Position numbers and translations under genes: made by a program
In this document: positions 52,037 to 61,802 of the stretch, one piece after another
How positions within the stretch are numbered: the stretch's first letter is position 1
Layout: each line of letters starts with the position of its first letter
Source: an uncultured Acidobacteriota bacterium
GTDB lineage: Bacteria > Acidobacteriota > JAQAZP01
Direction: 5' to 3'
Assembly (NCBI GenBank): GCA_963836075.1
Contig: CAWIIB010000009.1
Location: forward strand, 224,001 to 288,000
Length of the DNA: 64,000 bases
The notes under the pieces: generated by a model
Databases searched by the model: none
What the model saw: only the letters and a program-made list of their open reading frames with translations
What the model was told of the DNA's origin: nothing

Positions 52037-52918
52037 ATGAAACACGCAGCACCAGAACAGATCGTCGCTTTCCGCGACGGAGAGAATCTCGATCCCGAAG
52101 TCGCGGGCCACATCAGGAGCTGTCCCCTCTGCCGACGGCAGCTGGGGGAGGCTAGGTGGATGAGAACGCACACCCTGAGCCACATCCTGAAACCGCACGG
52201 CCCGAAACCGACTCACGATGAAATTGCCGCGTACCTCGACGAGGCGCTGGACGAGCGAGAGATGGAGCGGGTCGAAACCCACATTCGGTCCAACGACCAC
52301 TTCCTCGCCGTCTTTGACAAGTTGCTGATATTGAGCATGAAGCTGGAAGCTCCGCTCCCCAGCAAGGAGAGTTTGGAGAAACTTAAGGTACAGTTGCGCG
52401 GCCCCAGGTTCCTCGGCCGGCTGCGGGTCTTTTTCACCGATCGTTTCAAGCAGGTGTTCCATCCGGCCCGGACCAGTGAACCGGCACACGCACGGGCCCT
52501 GAAGATGCTGGCTGAAACGGACAGCCCGCTGCCCTGCATGGATGCGACCGCATATTCCGAGGAAAAACTCTCGGTCTGCGAGGACCGCGCCCTTGCCCCT
52601 CCTCCTCCGCCACCCGGGGCCTCCAATCCGCGGCTGATCGACACCGGCCGCTGGCTGATTCGAGCAGTGACCAGTGGTAGAAAGGGTGAGGCAATCCTCG
52701 AACTGGTGATCGAAGATGCAAAATCAGGCCAGCCGGTGCCCATGATACCGGTACGGCTGGAACCGGGATGGGAAGACCCGGTTCACGCCCGGACCGACGA
52801 AAAGGGTTCTGTCCGCCTCCCCCTGCCCGATGGAGACTCCCGCCTGGAGATCGGTAAAGGACCACAGATGGTCCTTGATATCAACGCCGACCTTGAAGCA
52901 GAACAACACCAGAAATGA
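52037..52918 (+). CDS. Putative soluble anti-sigma factor (zf-HC2-like) with C-terminal beta-sandwich
   Basis: HIRSCPLC plus a degenerate second copy (IAAYLDEAL...VETHIRSNDHF); tail ARTDEKGSVRL; directly follows the sigma gene. Confidence 0.7.
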   Translation: MKHAAPEQIVAFRDGENLDPEVAGHIRSCPLCRRQLGEARWMRTHTLSHILKPHGPKPTHDEIAAYLDEALDEREMERVETHIRSNDHFLAVFDKLLILSMKLEAPLPSKESLEKLKVQLRGPRFLGRLRVFFTDRFKQVFHPARTSEPAHARALKMLAETDSPLPCMDATAYSEEKLSVCEDRALAPPPPPPGASNPRLIDTGRWLIRAVTSGRKGEAILELVIEDAKSGQPVPMIPVRLEPGWEDPVHARTDEKGSVRLPLPDGDSRLEIGKGPQMVLDINADLEAEQHQK

Positions 52919-52962
52919 TGTTTTGCGTTGATATACTACGCGATTGCGTGTTATAAACGCGC

Positions 52963-53568
52963 ATGAGCATGTTATCCGTCATCCTTTCCTCGAAGGCCAG
53001 GTCCAGCATTTTCCGTCTGTTATACGGATGCACCACGCCAGAGCTGCACAACCGTGAGATCTTTCGCCGGACCGGTCTCAGCGAGAGCGCCATTCGCCAG
53101 GAACTCGGCAAGCTGACCCAGTTGGGCCTGGTTTTGCGGCGAAACGACGGCAACCGGGTCTGCTACAGGGCCAACCGGAACCATCCGCTGTTCCCGGATC
53201 TGCGGCAGCTGGTCCTGAAAACCAATGGCCTGGTGGATGTGCTGAGGCCCCGGCTGTCCACCGCCGATACCCGGGTGGCCTTTGTCCACGGCCCGCTGGC
53301 CAGGTCGGAAGAAACCGAGAAGAGCGGTATCGACCTGCTGGTGATCGGCCGCATGGGTCTGACTGGCCTGACCCTGCACCTTGCGGGGATATCCGGTCAA
53401 CTGGACCGTGAGATCAGGCCCCAGGTGCTGACCGAAGCCGAATTCAGGATAAAGCAGGCTTCTGACCAGCAGTTCGTCCGCAGCATCCTTAACGGTCCGA
53501 AGATATTCGTTATCGGCGACCAGCGCGAGCTCGATGTGCTGGCGGAGAAGAGCGCCCAACCAGCCTGA
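52963..53568 (+). CDS. wHTH + minimal nucleotidyltransferase-fold protein (degenerate active site)
   Basis: ArsR-like N-half; AFVHGPLARSEETEKSGIDLLVIG versus the canonical F.YGS.A.G.....SD.DL..G. Confidence 0.85.
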   Translation: MSMLSVILSSKARSSIFRLLYGCTTPELHNREIFRRTGLSESAIRQELGKLTQLGLVLRRNDGNRVCYRANRNHPLFPDLRQLVLKTNGLVDVLRPRLSTADTRVAFVHGPLARSEETEKSGIDLLVIGRMGLTGLTLHLAGISGQLDREIRPQVLTEAEFRIKQASDQQFVRSILNGPKIFVIGDQRELDVLAEKSAQPA

Positions 53569-53666
53569 AGCCCCCCCTGTCATAAAACCTCTCCCCAGTC
53601 CGTCATGTGCTTATTACACGGAATCTTTGCCGGCAACGGCGCCGGCCAGCCCAAAGGAGAGGCATC

Positions 53667-54692
53667 ATGGCTACTATCAAAAAGACCCTCGACACGGTGG
53701 AGGTTGGCTCCCCCACCACATTCCGCAACCTGACCCTCTACCCGCTGATCCTCAAGGCCAAGGGGGAAAAGCCGGGCTACATGACCCTCGACCAGGGGCT
53801 TGCCGGCAAGTCGGTGAAGATCACCGAGGTCTCCGAGGGGGGCAGCGTGCCCGAGCTGCTGCTGCACAACAACGCCGACAAACCGCTGCTGGTGATCGAC
53901 GGCGAGGAGATGGTGGGCGCCAAGCAGAACCGGGTGATCAACCTCACCGTGATGGTGGATGCCAACACCAGGATCGTCATCCCGGTCTCCTGCGTGGAGG
54001 CCGGCCGCTGGCGCCACACCTCAACCGAGTTCGCCGCCTCGCCCCAGACGATGCACGCCTCGGGTCGAGCGGGAAAGATGGCCGGGGTCACGCGTATGAT
54101 GCATATGTCTGAATCCCGCGCCTCCGACCAGAGCGCGGTGTGGAACGACATCAGCGGTAAGCTGGACCGCATGGCGGCCTACTCCGAGAGCAGCGAGATG
54201 AAGGCGATCTACGACCGGCACCGGACCAGTATCGACGATTTTGTCCGCGCCTTCAGCCCGGTGGAGGGCCAGGCCGGCGCCATCTTCGCCATCGGCGGCA
54301 GGATCGCCGGCCTCGAGCTATTCGACCATCCGGATACGCTGGCCACACTGCTGCCTAAGCTGGTCCGCTCATACGCGCTGGACGCCCTCGACTCCCGCTA
54401 TGCCGGCGGTAACCAGGACGAGCGCAGCGAGGAGGAGAAGGACCTGCAGCTGGAAAGGGCCATGCTGTTCATCGCCTCGGTGGGTCTGGCCGAAGCCACC
54501 AGCCACCCGGCCATCGGCCTGGGCGAAGACATCCGGATCAGCAACAACGCCGTCACCGGCGCTGCGCTCACTGTTGACCAACGGCTGGTGCACCTCAGCG
54601 CCTTCCCCAACGAGGAGCAGGCCGCCACCGACGACCGCGGCCGCCACGGTGGGATGACCAGCGCTTCGATGCGGCGGGGATTCCGGCGGTAG
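53667..54692 (+). CDS. ARPP-1 / DUF6569 family protein
   Basis: NLTLYPL, ITEVSEGGSVPEL, DGEEMVGAKQNRVIN, IPVSCVEAGRW, QSAVW and KLVRSYALDA motifs; SD AAGGAG. Confidence 0.85.
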   Translation: MATIKKTLDTVEVGSPTTFRNLTLYPLILKAKGEKPGYMTLDQGLAGKSVKITEVSEGGSVPELLLHNNADKPLLVIDGEEMVGAKQNRVINLTVMVDANTRIVIPVSCVEAGRWRHTSTEFAASPQTMHASGRAGKMAGVTRMMHMSESRASDQSAVWNDISGKLDRMAAYSESSEMKAIYDRHRTSIDDFVRAFSPVEGQAGAIFAIGGRIAGLELFDHPDTLATLLPKLVRSYALDALDSRYAGGNQDERSEEEKDLQLERAMLFIASVGLAEATSHPAIGLGEDIRISNNAVTGAALTVDQRLVHLSAFPNEEQAATDDRGRHGGMTSASMRRGFRR

Positions 54693-54724
54693 AGGTTTAA
54701 TGAGTTAGTGGACGGAGATACGAT

Positions 54725-54756
54725 GGGGCGCCTCCGGGAGGGGGCGCCCCTTTTTT
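54725..54756 (+). terminator. Intrinsic terminator
   Basis: ggggcgcctcc-ggga-gggggcgcccc followed by tttttt. Confidence 0.85.
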
Positions 54757-54844
54757 ATGGATGGGCAGAGCTTTTCTTTCCACCAACCGGCATTGAATGC
54801 ATCCCCAGAACCGATCAATATTATTGTGGAAGGAGGTGAGTGAA

Positions 54845-55169
54845 ATGCCCTACACCGTCTATGTCATCGAGTTGGATCAAAAAGTGTTGACATGAACGCG
54901 GTTTCGGAACCGTAATCCTGGTTATCGTGAGGGCAAGCCCTGTGTGTATGTCGGGTCAACCGCCCATACGCCAGAGAATCGACTCAAACAACACTTGGAT
55001 GGTGTTCAATATCGCTACAATATTTATGCTCGCGATTTTGGTATTCGACTGCGACCAAGGCTTTACAAGAATTACCAGGGATACAGAACCCGGCTAGAGG
55101 CTGAAGAAGCTGAGAAAAGACGAGCTGATTTCTTTGCAGAAACGCGGCTATGCTGTGTGGCAGGGGTGA
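54845..55169 (+). pseudogene. Small GIY-YIG-like nuclease with in-frame TGA (54893) and 3' frameshift
   Basis: SD AGGAGG; MPYTVYVIELD...*...KPCVYVGST.HTPENRLKQH; a one-base shift gives LQKRGYAVWQG*. Confidence 0.7.
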
Positions 55170-55483
55170 TTACAGCGCCGGATACACCAACAAAAATGTC
55201 AGTAGTAGCACTCATTGCAATGAGAGCCTACCAAGATTTTCAGACAGCGCGTTGTATAGGAGTTGAAGGCTATCGGAGATTTATTGGCAGGCGGTGCTTT
55301 ATTAAAGCCATCCAAGGATCTGGATCGCTACCATCCTTCTGCAAAGATTTAATCGATTGGCTCTGACTACGTGGAATTGAAAAAACGACTTCCAACAGAT
55401 TGAGGGCAACTCAAGTATACAAGCACTAACGGATAACCCTGACTCCGACGCACCAAGGTAGAGCTCAGGAGATCCACCTCTCA

Positions 55484-56030
55484 TCAGACAGTGAAACGGT
55501 CATGGCTCAGACCAACCCCACCTTCATTCATACGGTAGATCAATGATGAAAATGTTCGGCCTCCCATCACTGTTGTTGCCACGTAAACGAGATGGGTGGT
55601 TCCAGACGGACTAATCTCCATCCGTGGTTCGGTATGATCCACATCTCCCTGGGGACTGGTAAGGATCGTGAAGGGATAAACCCAGAGCCCGCTCTCTTGA
55701 TCAATAGATAGTGGAACAGATCTCCATCCTGCCCGTGGCCACGTTCTCACGACTCCAGACGATTCCGATTTTTCCTGAATTGCAGTGTAGAAAGACATGT
55801 GGTGATGCATCAAGAGTCTTATCCATGGTGATAAACTCGCCGAAGGTTCCACTTCCTCTTCATAAAGATAGATTTCCTGTCCAACATGGGGGCAGGACTC
55901 ACCTCCGTACGAACACACCATACGCGACCACTCGAATCAGTCACACTGTTTGCGGCCAACACAACATCCGCAAAACAGAGAGTAAAAACGCAAAGAACTA
56001 CGAGTGTAAGTGTTCTTGTGTGTTTGCATT
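55484..56030 (-). pseudogene. Fragmented putative secreted protein
   Basis: Signal-peptide-like stretch (TLVVLCVFTLCFADVVLAANS) near 56000 and ORF 55484..55921 in another frame. Confidence 0.3.
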
Positions 56031-56046
56031 TTACTCTTCTCCCAGA

Positions 56047-56933
56047 CTAGTACCGCGTGAGTTGATGATATCGATATCGAGTTCCCTCAAGAAACTCCGC
56101 GCTCAAACGCATATCAGCGTTTGAGGCTTTCTTGAAGAATACCTCGGCCACGTCCGGCTGTCCATTCAATTTATAGTGCCGCCCGATCTGATAACAGACA
56201 TCACGGACAATCGCTCGATAGTTATTCTCATATGCAATTTTCAAACATGCGGAAGCATATTCCTTTGCTGCCTCCAAATCATTTCTCTTAAAGCTTGCAT
56301 ACATCAAGGTTTGATAGTTTACGGCCTGATAGATAGAAATCTCCAATCGCTTCACTGATTGAAGGGTCCTTTTTGATCAAGATCAACGCCTTTCTCAATA
56401 TCTCACCGAATGCAATATATGCTTCACCAAAATTGTCATATGTTTCTGAAGGTGCCGTTTTATTCCATAAAGCTGACACAATTCAATTGCATTCACAAAA
56501 CTCTTCGATTGCTTTTTCTAATTGATCCTTGCTATAATATACTCGACCCTTAACCATAGCCAAATACCAAATATTTCGATACGGGGAAATTCTCGTCAAA
56601 TAATGCTTCAGCTTCTTGAATAGTCTCCATCGCCTTCTCGAAATCACGCTGGTTGTATTCAATGAGTGCTCGGTCGAGGTAGGCAAGGGCAACGTAGTAG
56701 TCACTTTCAAAATCATGACCGGCGATATACTCGATCAGATCCAGGGCAGCGGAATAGCTCTCCATCCGGCGATAGACGCACACCAGATCCAGTCCCACCT
56801 CAAGATGGAACTCGGTGAAGTCCTCCGATGAGTTGAACGCCTTGTAGAGCTTGATCTGGGCATCCTGAAACAGGCCCTTCTTGCCCAGCTCAACCCCTTC
56901 CTGGCGAAGGGTCTTCAGTTCTTCATATTTCAT
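56047..56933 (-). pseudogene. TPR-like helical repeat protein in several frameshifted fragments
   Basis: Consecutive ORFs 56550..56933, 56483..56716, 56288..56479 and 56047..56355 with TPR-like helices (RDFEKAMETIQEA, LEKAIEEF, LEAAKEYA). Confidence 0.6.
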
Positions 56934-57198
56934 TGATGGCTCAGTTGTTTCGGTCAGGCAATCGAATAGAGACACGTGTGGCAGTAACCGCAAGTCGCGA
57001 CAAAAATCCGCCTCACCGATTCCATATCTATGTTTTGATTCAGCCAGATGAAAAATTGAGAGACCTAGTAACTTTCAGCTACCCTATCCATAAAAAATAT
57101 ATACCGTCGTAGCTTTTGTCAAGTCACTGGTTGATAAAATGTTCGTGTTGCCTGGACGTGAGGAGTCACGGCGCGGGTGACCGGTCGGCTGCCTGCTC

Positions 57199-57414
57199 CT
57201 ATTCAACCCCCGCTAAATCGTAGAGCTTCTCCGCATACCGCTCGATGATATCCCGCAGGGCCAGCTTCTCCAGCCACTGGGCCGGGATGCCATTCTCGCC
57301 GTAGAAGGCTCCAGCCAACTGGCCATACACGGCGCCGGTGGTGTCGGCATCGTCACCGAGGTTGACGGCCATGAGGGCGCCGCGAAAGCGGGAAAGAGTG
57401 CGGTCACTCGACAT
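57199..57414 (-). pseudogene. C-terminal remnant of ADP-ribosylglycohydrolase
   Basis: AVNLGDDADTTGAVYGQLAGAFYGENGIPAQW motif; the N-terminal majority is missing. Confidence 0.85.
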
Positions 57415-57511
57415 AGTAAAACTATCCTCCCGGCAGTCCTGGAGAGCCCAGATTATCAGGCTACGACCACGATTGTTTTCGTCAGCACATCAACAACTAT
57501 ATCCAGCCTGA

Positions 57512-57853
57512 TTATAGCCGGCCCGTTCGAGCCATCAGCTTCGAAAACGTTATTATCCGCCCAATCGCCCTGTTGTCAGCACCAAGGGTGAGCAGGGAGC
57601 GGATGAGCAGATCGAGGGAAACCGTCGGATCACCGGCTTCCATCTTGGCCACCCGCGACTGGCTGGAGTTCATCAACCCGGCCAGCTCGACCTGGGTCAT
57701 TCTCATCATTTTTCTTCGGTCGCGAAGACTTGTGGCAAGGGCCAGCCGAAGTTCGGTGTAATCCCGTTCGTTCTTTGCCAGGCCGAGGGAGGCCCCAGCC
57801 TCACGATCACCCCGCGCCCCAGTATTTTTCCTCGCCCCCTGGTCCTTGCCCAT
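57512..57853 (-). CDS. XRE-family HTH protein (orphan antitoxin-like)
   Basis: MTQVELAGLMNSSQSRVAKMEAGDPTVSLDLLIRSL. Confidence 0.8.
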   Translation of the reverse strand: MGKDQGARKNTGARGDREAGASLGLAKNERDYTELRLALATSLRDRRKMMRMTQVELAGLMNSSQSRVAKMEAGDPTVSLDLLIRSLLTLGADNRAIGRIITFSKLMARTGRL

Positions 57854-57995
57854 TCACCCTGCCTCCCAAACAGCAAATTTTATTTTATGTCATTTCTGAC
57901 ATATTTTCAATATTCCATTTCAAACAGGTGACCCTGGCACACGAATCGTGTCCCTGACAGGTCACATGACAAGCTGTTCAGGCAGGAATTACAGG

Positions 57996-58337
57996 CTATT
58001 TGACAGATTCCCAGTCATCCTCGTCAAACTCGATCCAATTGTCATCTGAAACCCAGTCGATGACCGAGCCCCCGCTGATCGGGTAATAGGGGCTGACCAG
58101 CATGTCCATGTTGCCTTCCCGAACGACACGATATTCCTTCACCAGGAATGTCTTGTCCTCGTGGATATCGGTCATTTCGTCATCGAGAGAGGGGACGGGG
58201 ACGAATGGATAGAGCAGCCGCAAGACATCTTCCTTGTACTCATCGGGGATGATGTACTCCTCTACTACCCCTCCCTTCACCTTCAGCGGGCGCGTGGGAA
58301 ACGGCAGTCCCTGTCTCATTCTCTGGTCGGTTCTCAT
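57996..58337 (-). CDS. Hypothetical acidic protein
   Basis: SD GGAGGTG; co-oriented downstream of DUF1016. Confidence 0.6.
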   Translation of the reverse strand: MRTDQRMRQGLPFPTRPLKVKGGVVEEYIIPDEYKEDVLRLLYPFVPVPSLDDEMTDIHEDKTFLVKEYRVVREGNMDMLVSPYYPISGGSVIDWVSDDNWIEFDEDDWESVK

Positions 58338-58382
58338 CGATCTCACCTCCTGTTTATTCCGCAGATTCCTATTGCCTGGGTC

Positions 58383-59630
58383 TCACCGCCGCTTGCCGCC
58401 AACCGGCCCGAGCGTCTGTTCGATCTCCTCGATGGTGGGCAGGGATGATTTCAGATCTTCGGGCAGGGCCCTGGTCAATTCGTACTCCGAGATGCCGATC
58501 GGTTTCTGGATCCCCCGCAGGGCATACTCGGCGATGAGCTTCTTCCTGTCCTTGCAGAGGATCAGCCCGATGGAAGGGCTGTCGGTGTCGTGCTTCAACT
58601 GGTCGTCCACAACGTTGAGGTAGAAGTTCATCTTCCCTTCATGATCCGGTTTAAACGGGCCGGCCTTGAGCTCGATAACCACGAAGCAGCGCAGCCTCAA
58701 GTGGTAGAAGAGCAGGTCGATATGGAACTCGTCCTCTCCTACGGTGAGCGGAACCTGCCTCCCGACAAAGGAAAAGCCCTTTCCCAGCTCCAGGAGAAAT
58801 CTCTGGAGGTGCCGGATCAGGCCGGCCTCCAGCTCCTTCTCACGAAAGGTGGTGTCTAGGGTCAGAAAGTCAAAGATGTATGGATCTTTCAGTGTCTGGA
58901 GCGCCAGGTCGGACTGGGTTGGGGGCAGGCTCGCCTCGAAGTTGGTGACCGCCTTCCCCTGGCGGAGGTGGGCCGAGTTCTTGATCATCTGCTTTAAGAC
59001 GCTATAGCTCCAGCCTTGGTCAATGATATGCGTCATGTACCAATGCCGGGCGCAAAGGTCTTTAACTGATTGAATCAATAAGATGTTATGGGACCATGAT
59101 AATTTCGCCAACAGTGTTGGCGAAATTGCTGGACGATCTTGGAGATTTTCAGTGGGGGAGGCTGAATTCAACTCACCTTCATCCCCAACGGATCCCTCCT
59201 CCAATTTCGCAAACGGTGTTTGCGGAATTGAGACATTAGAGACAAGTCGTTTTTTATCAATAGCTTGTAATTTCGCCACCAGCGGTGGCGAAATTGGTTC
59301 TCCTCGAGACCCTCCTTGATTTTTCGATTCCTGAAGCTGTCCAACGAATAGAGAGGGATACTCGAGATAAAACTGGAGCATCCTGTCAATATTGCGCTCA
59401 GAAAACCCCTTCAGTCCCGGCAGCTCATTCTTGAGATCCTTCGAAAGCCGGGGGATAACAGAAGTCCCCCACCCCTCCCTCGCCTGCCGCTCGGTAATCA
59501 GCCGGCCGATATCCCAATAAAGGGCCAGCATCTCCCTGTTTGCCGAGAGCGCCGCCCTGGCTTGTGCGCGGCCAATACGGGATTTGATCTCGCTGAGAAG
59601 CGAGGCGTATTGAGTAAGATCGTTGGTCAT
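58383..59630 (-). CDS. DUF1016 / YhcG-family PD-(D/E)XK nuclease-domain protein
   Basis: LYWDIGRLI, GFSERN, LSWSHN, KDPYIFDFL, FLLELGKGFSFVGRQ, IDLLFYH..LRCFVVIELK and GKMNFY motifs. Confidence 0.95.
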   Translation of the reverse strand: MTNDLTQYASLLSEIKSRIGRAQARAALSANREMLALYWDIGRLITERQAREGWGTSVIPRLSKDLKNELPGLKGFSERNIDRMLQFYLEYPSLFVGQLQESKNQGGSRGEPISPPLVAKLQAIDKKRLVSNVSIPQTPFAKLEEGSVGDEGELNSASPTENLQDRPAISPTLLAKLSWSHNILLIQSVKDLCARHWYMTHIIDQGWSYSVLKQMIKNSAHLRQGKAVTNFEASLPPTQSDLALQTLKDPYIFDFLTLDTTFREKELEAGLIRHLQRFLLELGKGFSFVGRQVPLTVGEDEFHIDLLFYHLRLRCFVVIELKAGPFKPDHEGKMNFYLNVVDDQLKHDTDSPSIGLILCKDRKKLIAEYALRGIQKPIGISEYELTRALPEDLKSSLPTIEEIEQTLGPVGGKRR

Positions 59631-59993
59631 TCATCACCCTCCTGGATCGCCGCTGACTACCGTGATTTCCGCCATGGAAACCCCGGTTGCCACAGCCCTG
59701 TTCGAACTGTTGCGTAAAATCAGCCGGTTATCGCAGGTTGCAGATATGACTTTGCAATTGGAATGCCGGATGGACCAGATGAAACTAAAGGTGGGTGGGA
59801 GGTGGAAATGCCAGCCGATATTGCCGCAGACAGTGCATGTAAATCGAAACCCCGATCTGGACTACCGACCAGCGAACCGGGGGCCGGGATGGGCTGGTTC
59901 CAGCAGGTGGTGAAGCTGCCACCGCCGGCGACAGTGGTGCAGCCGGAGCGCCGTTCGGGCAAGGAGGAGGCGGTCACCCGCGGAGAGTGGCCG

Positions 59994-61802
59994 CTATTTC
60001 CGGTTCAAGTCGATCTCCTCGCGGAGCCGGTTGATCCGCGAGACCTGGTGCTGGTCCCCGGCCGCCATGGCCGGGGGCAGTGCCCGTTCCAGGATACGCC
60101 AGGCCTGGGCCGGCGATCCGCCGTAGTAGATGGTGCGCGCGGCCCGGAAGTAGCGGTCCGACGCGGCGATCCCGTTTCCCGCCTCCTCATGGGCCGCACC
60201 CGCCAGCTGGAGCAGCTCGGCCATGGCCAGATAGGACCCCGCTTCTCTCATCTGATCGGCAGCCTGGTCGAACTGCTCGGCGGCCAGGGCCGGCTTCCCC
60301 TCCGCCAGGAAGATACGGCCGTGGATCGCAGGGACCCTGGCTTGCAGAAAACGGGACTCGATCTTCCCGCTCGAAGCGAGACGCGAGTCGAGCCCGCCCC
60401 GGGCCTCGGCGCCGCGACCCAGGTCGCACTGCAGGTCGGCACGGAGCAGGGTGCCATAGAGACGCAGGTCCTTCTCGGACGAATCGACCTGCGGCAACCA
60501 GGTCTGCACCAGGTCCAGCGCCTCTTCCACTGCGCCGCTTTGCCGAATCAACTCGGCTTCCAGAAACCGGGTGCGGACAGCGCTCTCCCCGGCTGCGCTG
60601 AATTCGGTCCGTGCTTCCTGCAGCAGCGCGTTGATCTCTTCCCCATCCCCCGCGGGAAGGAGGAGGACGGCCATGTTGACGGCGGCATGCGCAATCTCCA
60701 GGTTGCTGTTCATCGACCGGGCCTGGTCCAGAGCCAGGGTGAACCGCTCGAGGTGGCGTGAAGCTTCCCGCCCGCGGAACTGTCCCGGATAGAACCAGCG
60801 ATCCTCCTGCACCTTCGGGATGTGCTTGCGGAGCAGCCAGTGCTGCTGGGCCCCCAGAACCAGCTGGTCGATATCCTCGAAAGTCACCTGCGCCTGATAT
60901 GTAAGGGCACCGAAGTCATCGACGAGGGTCGTCACACTGTCGGCCAGTTCCCTGTCGTAGAGCATGGAACCGGCCAGGCCCTCTTCCTGCTCCAGCCCGA
61001 CGGTCACCTCGCCCACAAGCCGGTTCATCCTGTCCAATACGTCCTGCACATCCTGCAGCAGGGCTTCGTCGTTGAGCGCTGATCCAAGCAGTCCCTTTTT
61101 CTGCTCCAGGCTCTCGGCGATCTGGGTGACCAACCGATTGCTTTCATCCAGCGTCTGCCGTGACTGCAGCAGCGCGCCGTCCATGTTCCGCACGATCTGC
61201 TTGACGTCGGAGGCCAGTTCTTCGTCACTGACCATGGATCCGATCATGCCCTCCGACGCATCGATGGAGCCGGCGATCCGGTTCGAGCGCTCGATGAGCT
61301 GCCGGAAGTCCTCGAGGAGCGGCAGCAGCGCTTCCTTGAAGTCGGCGATGAACTGCTGGGCGGTCTCCATGATCTCCTCGTCCTTCTGGCATGTGATCCA
61401 GTCCCCATCACCGACCGGCTCGCCCCGCCCCACCCCGATTTCCACAAAGGCGTCCCCGGTCACACCGAACTTTCTCTTGACGATGGCGATGGATTCGGTG
61501 CTGACGAAAGGCTTGAAACGATTAAGGATGATGAAGGTGGTCTCCAGGTCGCCCGAGTCGTTGGGAACGATCTTGCCCACCCTGCCGGCCACCGTATCCC
61601 GAATGCGGATCTCGTCACCCTCATTCAAACCGAACGAACCATCCTCGGTGTCGAACAGCGTGCGGAGAACAAACCGGCCCTCAAACCAGCCCTGCGCATG
61701 GCCGGCGATGAAAATGCCCACAATCAACAGCAGGATTGCCAGGAGGACGAACCCTCCGGCAAGTTCGCTGGCATACCTCAGCTTGAACGGCATTCCCATC
61801 AT
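59994..61802 (-). CDS. MlaD/MCE-family protein with long helical region and C-terminal TPR-like domain
   Basis: N-terminal TM, MCE domain (GLNEGDEIRI..T.AGRVGKI, GDAFVEI..G), G..GS...DE.L repeats, HWLLR, then a helical repeat region. Confidence 0.8.
   Translation of the reverse strand: MMGMPFKLRYASELAGGFVLLAILLLIVGIFIAGHAQGWFEGRFVLRTLFDTEDGSFGLNEGDEIRIRDTVAGRVGKIVPNDSGDLETTFIILNRFKPFVSTESIAIVKRKFGVTGDAFVEIGVGRGEPVGDGDWITCQKDEEIMETAQQFIADFKEALLPLLEDFRQLIERSNRIAGSIDASEGMIGSMVSDEELASDVKQIVRNMDGALLQSRQTLDESNRLVTQIAESLEQKKGLLGSALNDEALLQDVQDVLDRMNRLVGEVTVGLEQEEGLAGSMLYDRELADSVTTLVDDFGALTYQAQVTFEDIDQLVLGAQQHWLLRKHIPKVQEDRWFYPGQFRGREASRHLERFTLALDQARSMNSNLEIAHAAVNMAVLLLPAGDGEEINALLQEARTEFSAAGESAVRTRFLEAELIRQSGAVEEALDLVQTWLPQVDSSEKDLRLYGTLLRADLQCDLGRGAEARGGLDSRLASSGKIESRFLQARVPAIHGRIFLAEGKPALAAEQFDQAADQMREAGSYLAMAELLQLAGAAHEEAGNGIAASDRYFRAARTIYYGGSPAQAWRILERALPPAMAAGDQHQVSRINRLREEIDLNRK

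Noticed and set aside
54893-54895. In-frame TGA as selenocysteine or recoding
   Set aside because: It is not at a Cys-like catalytic position, the gene also has a frameshift, and TGA is a normal stop elsewhere in the window.
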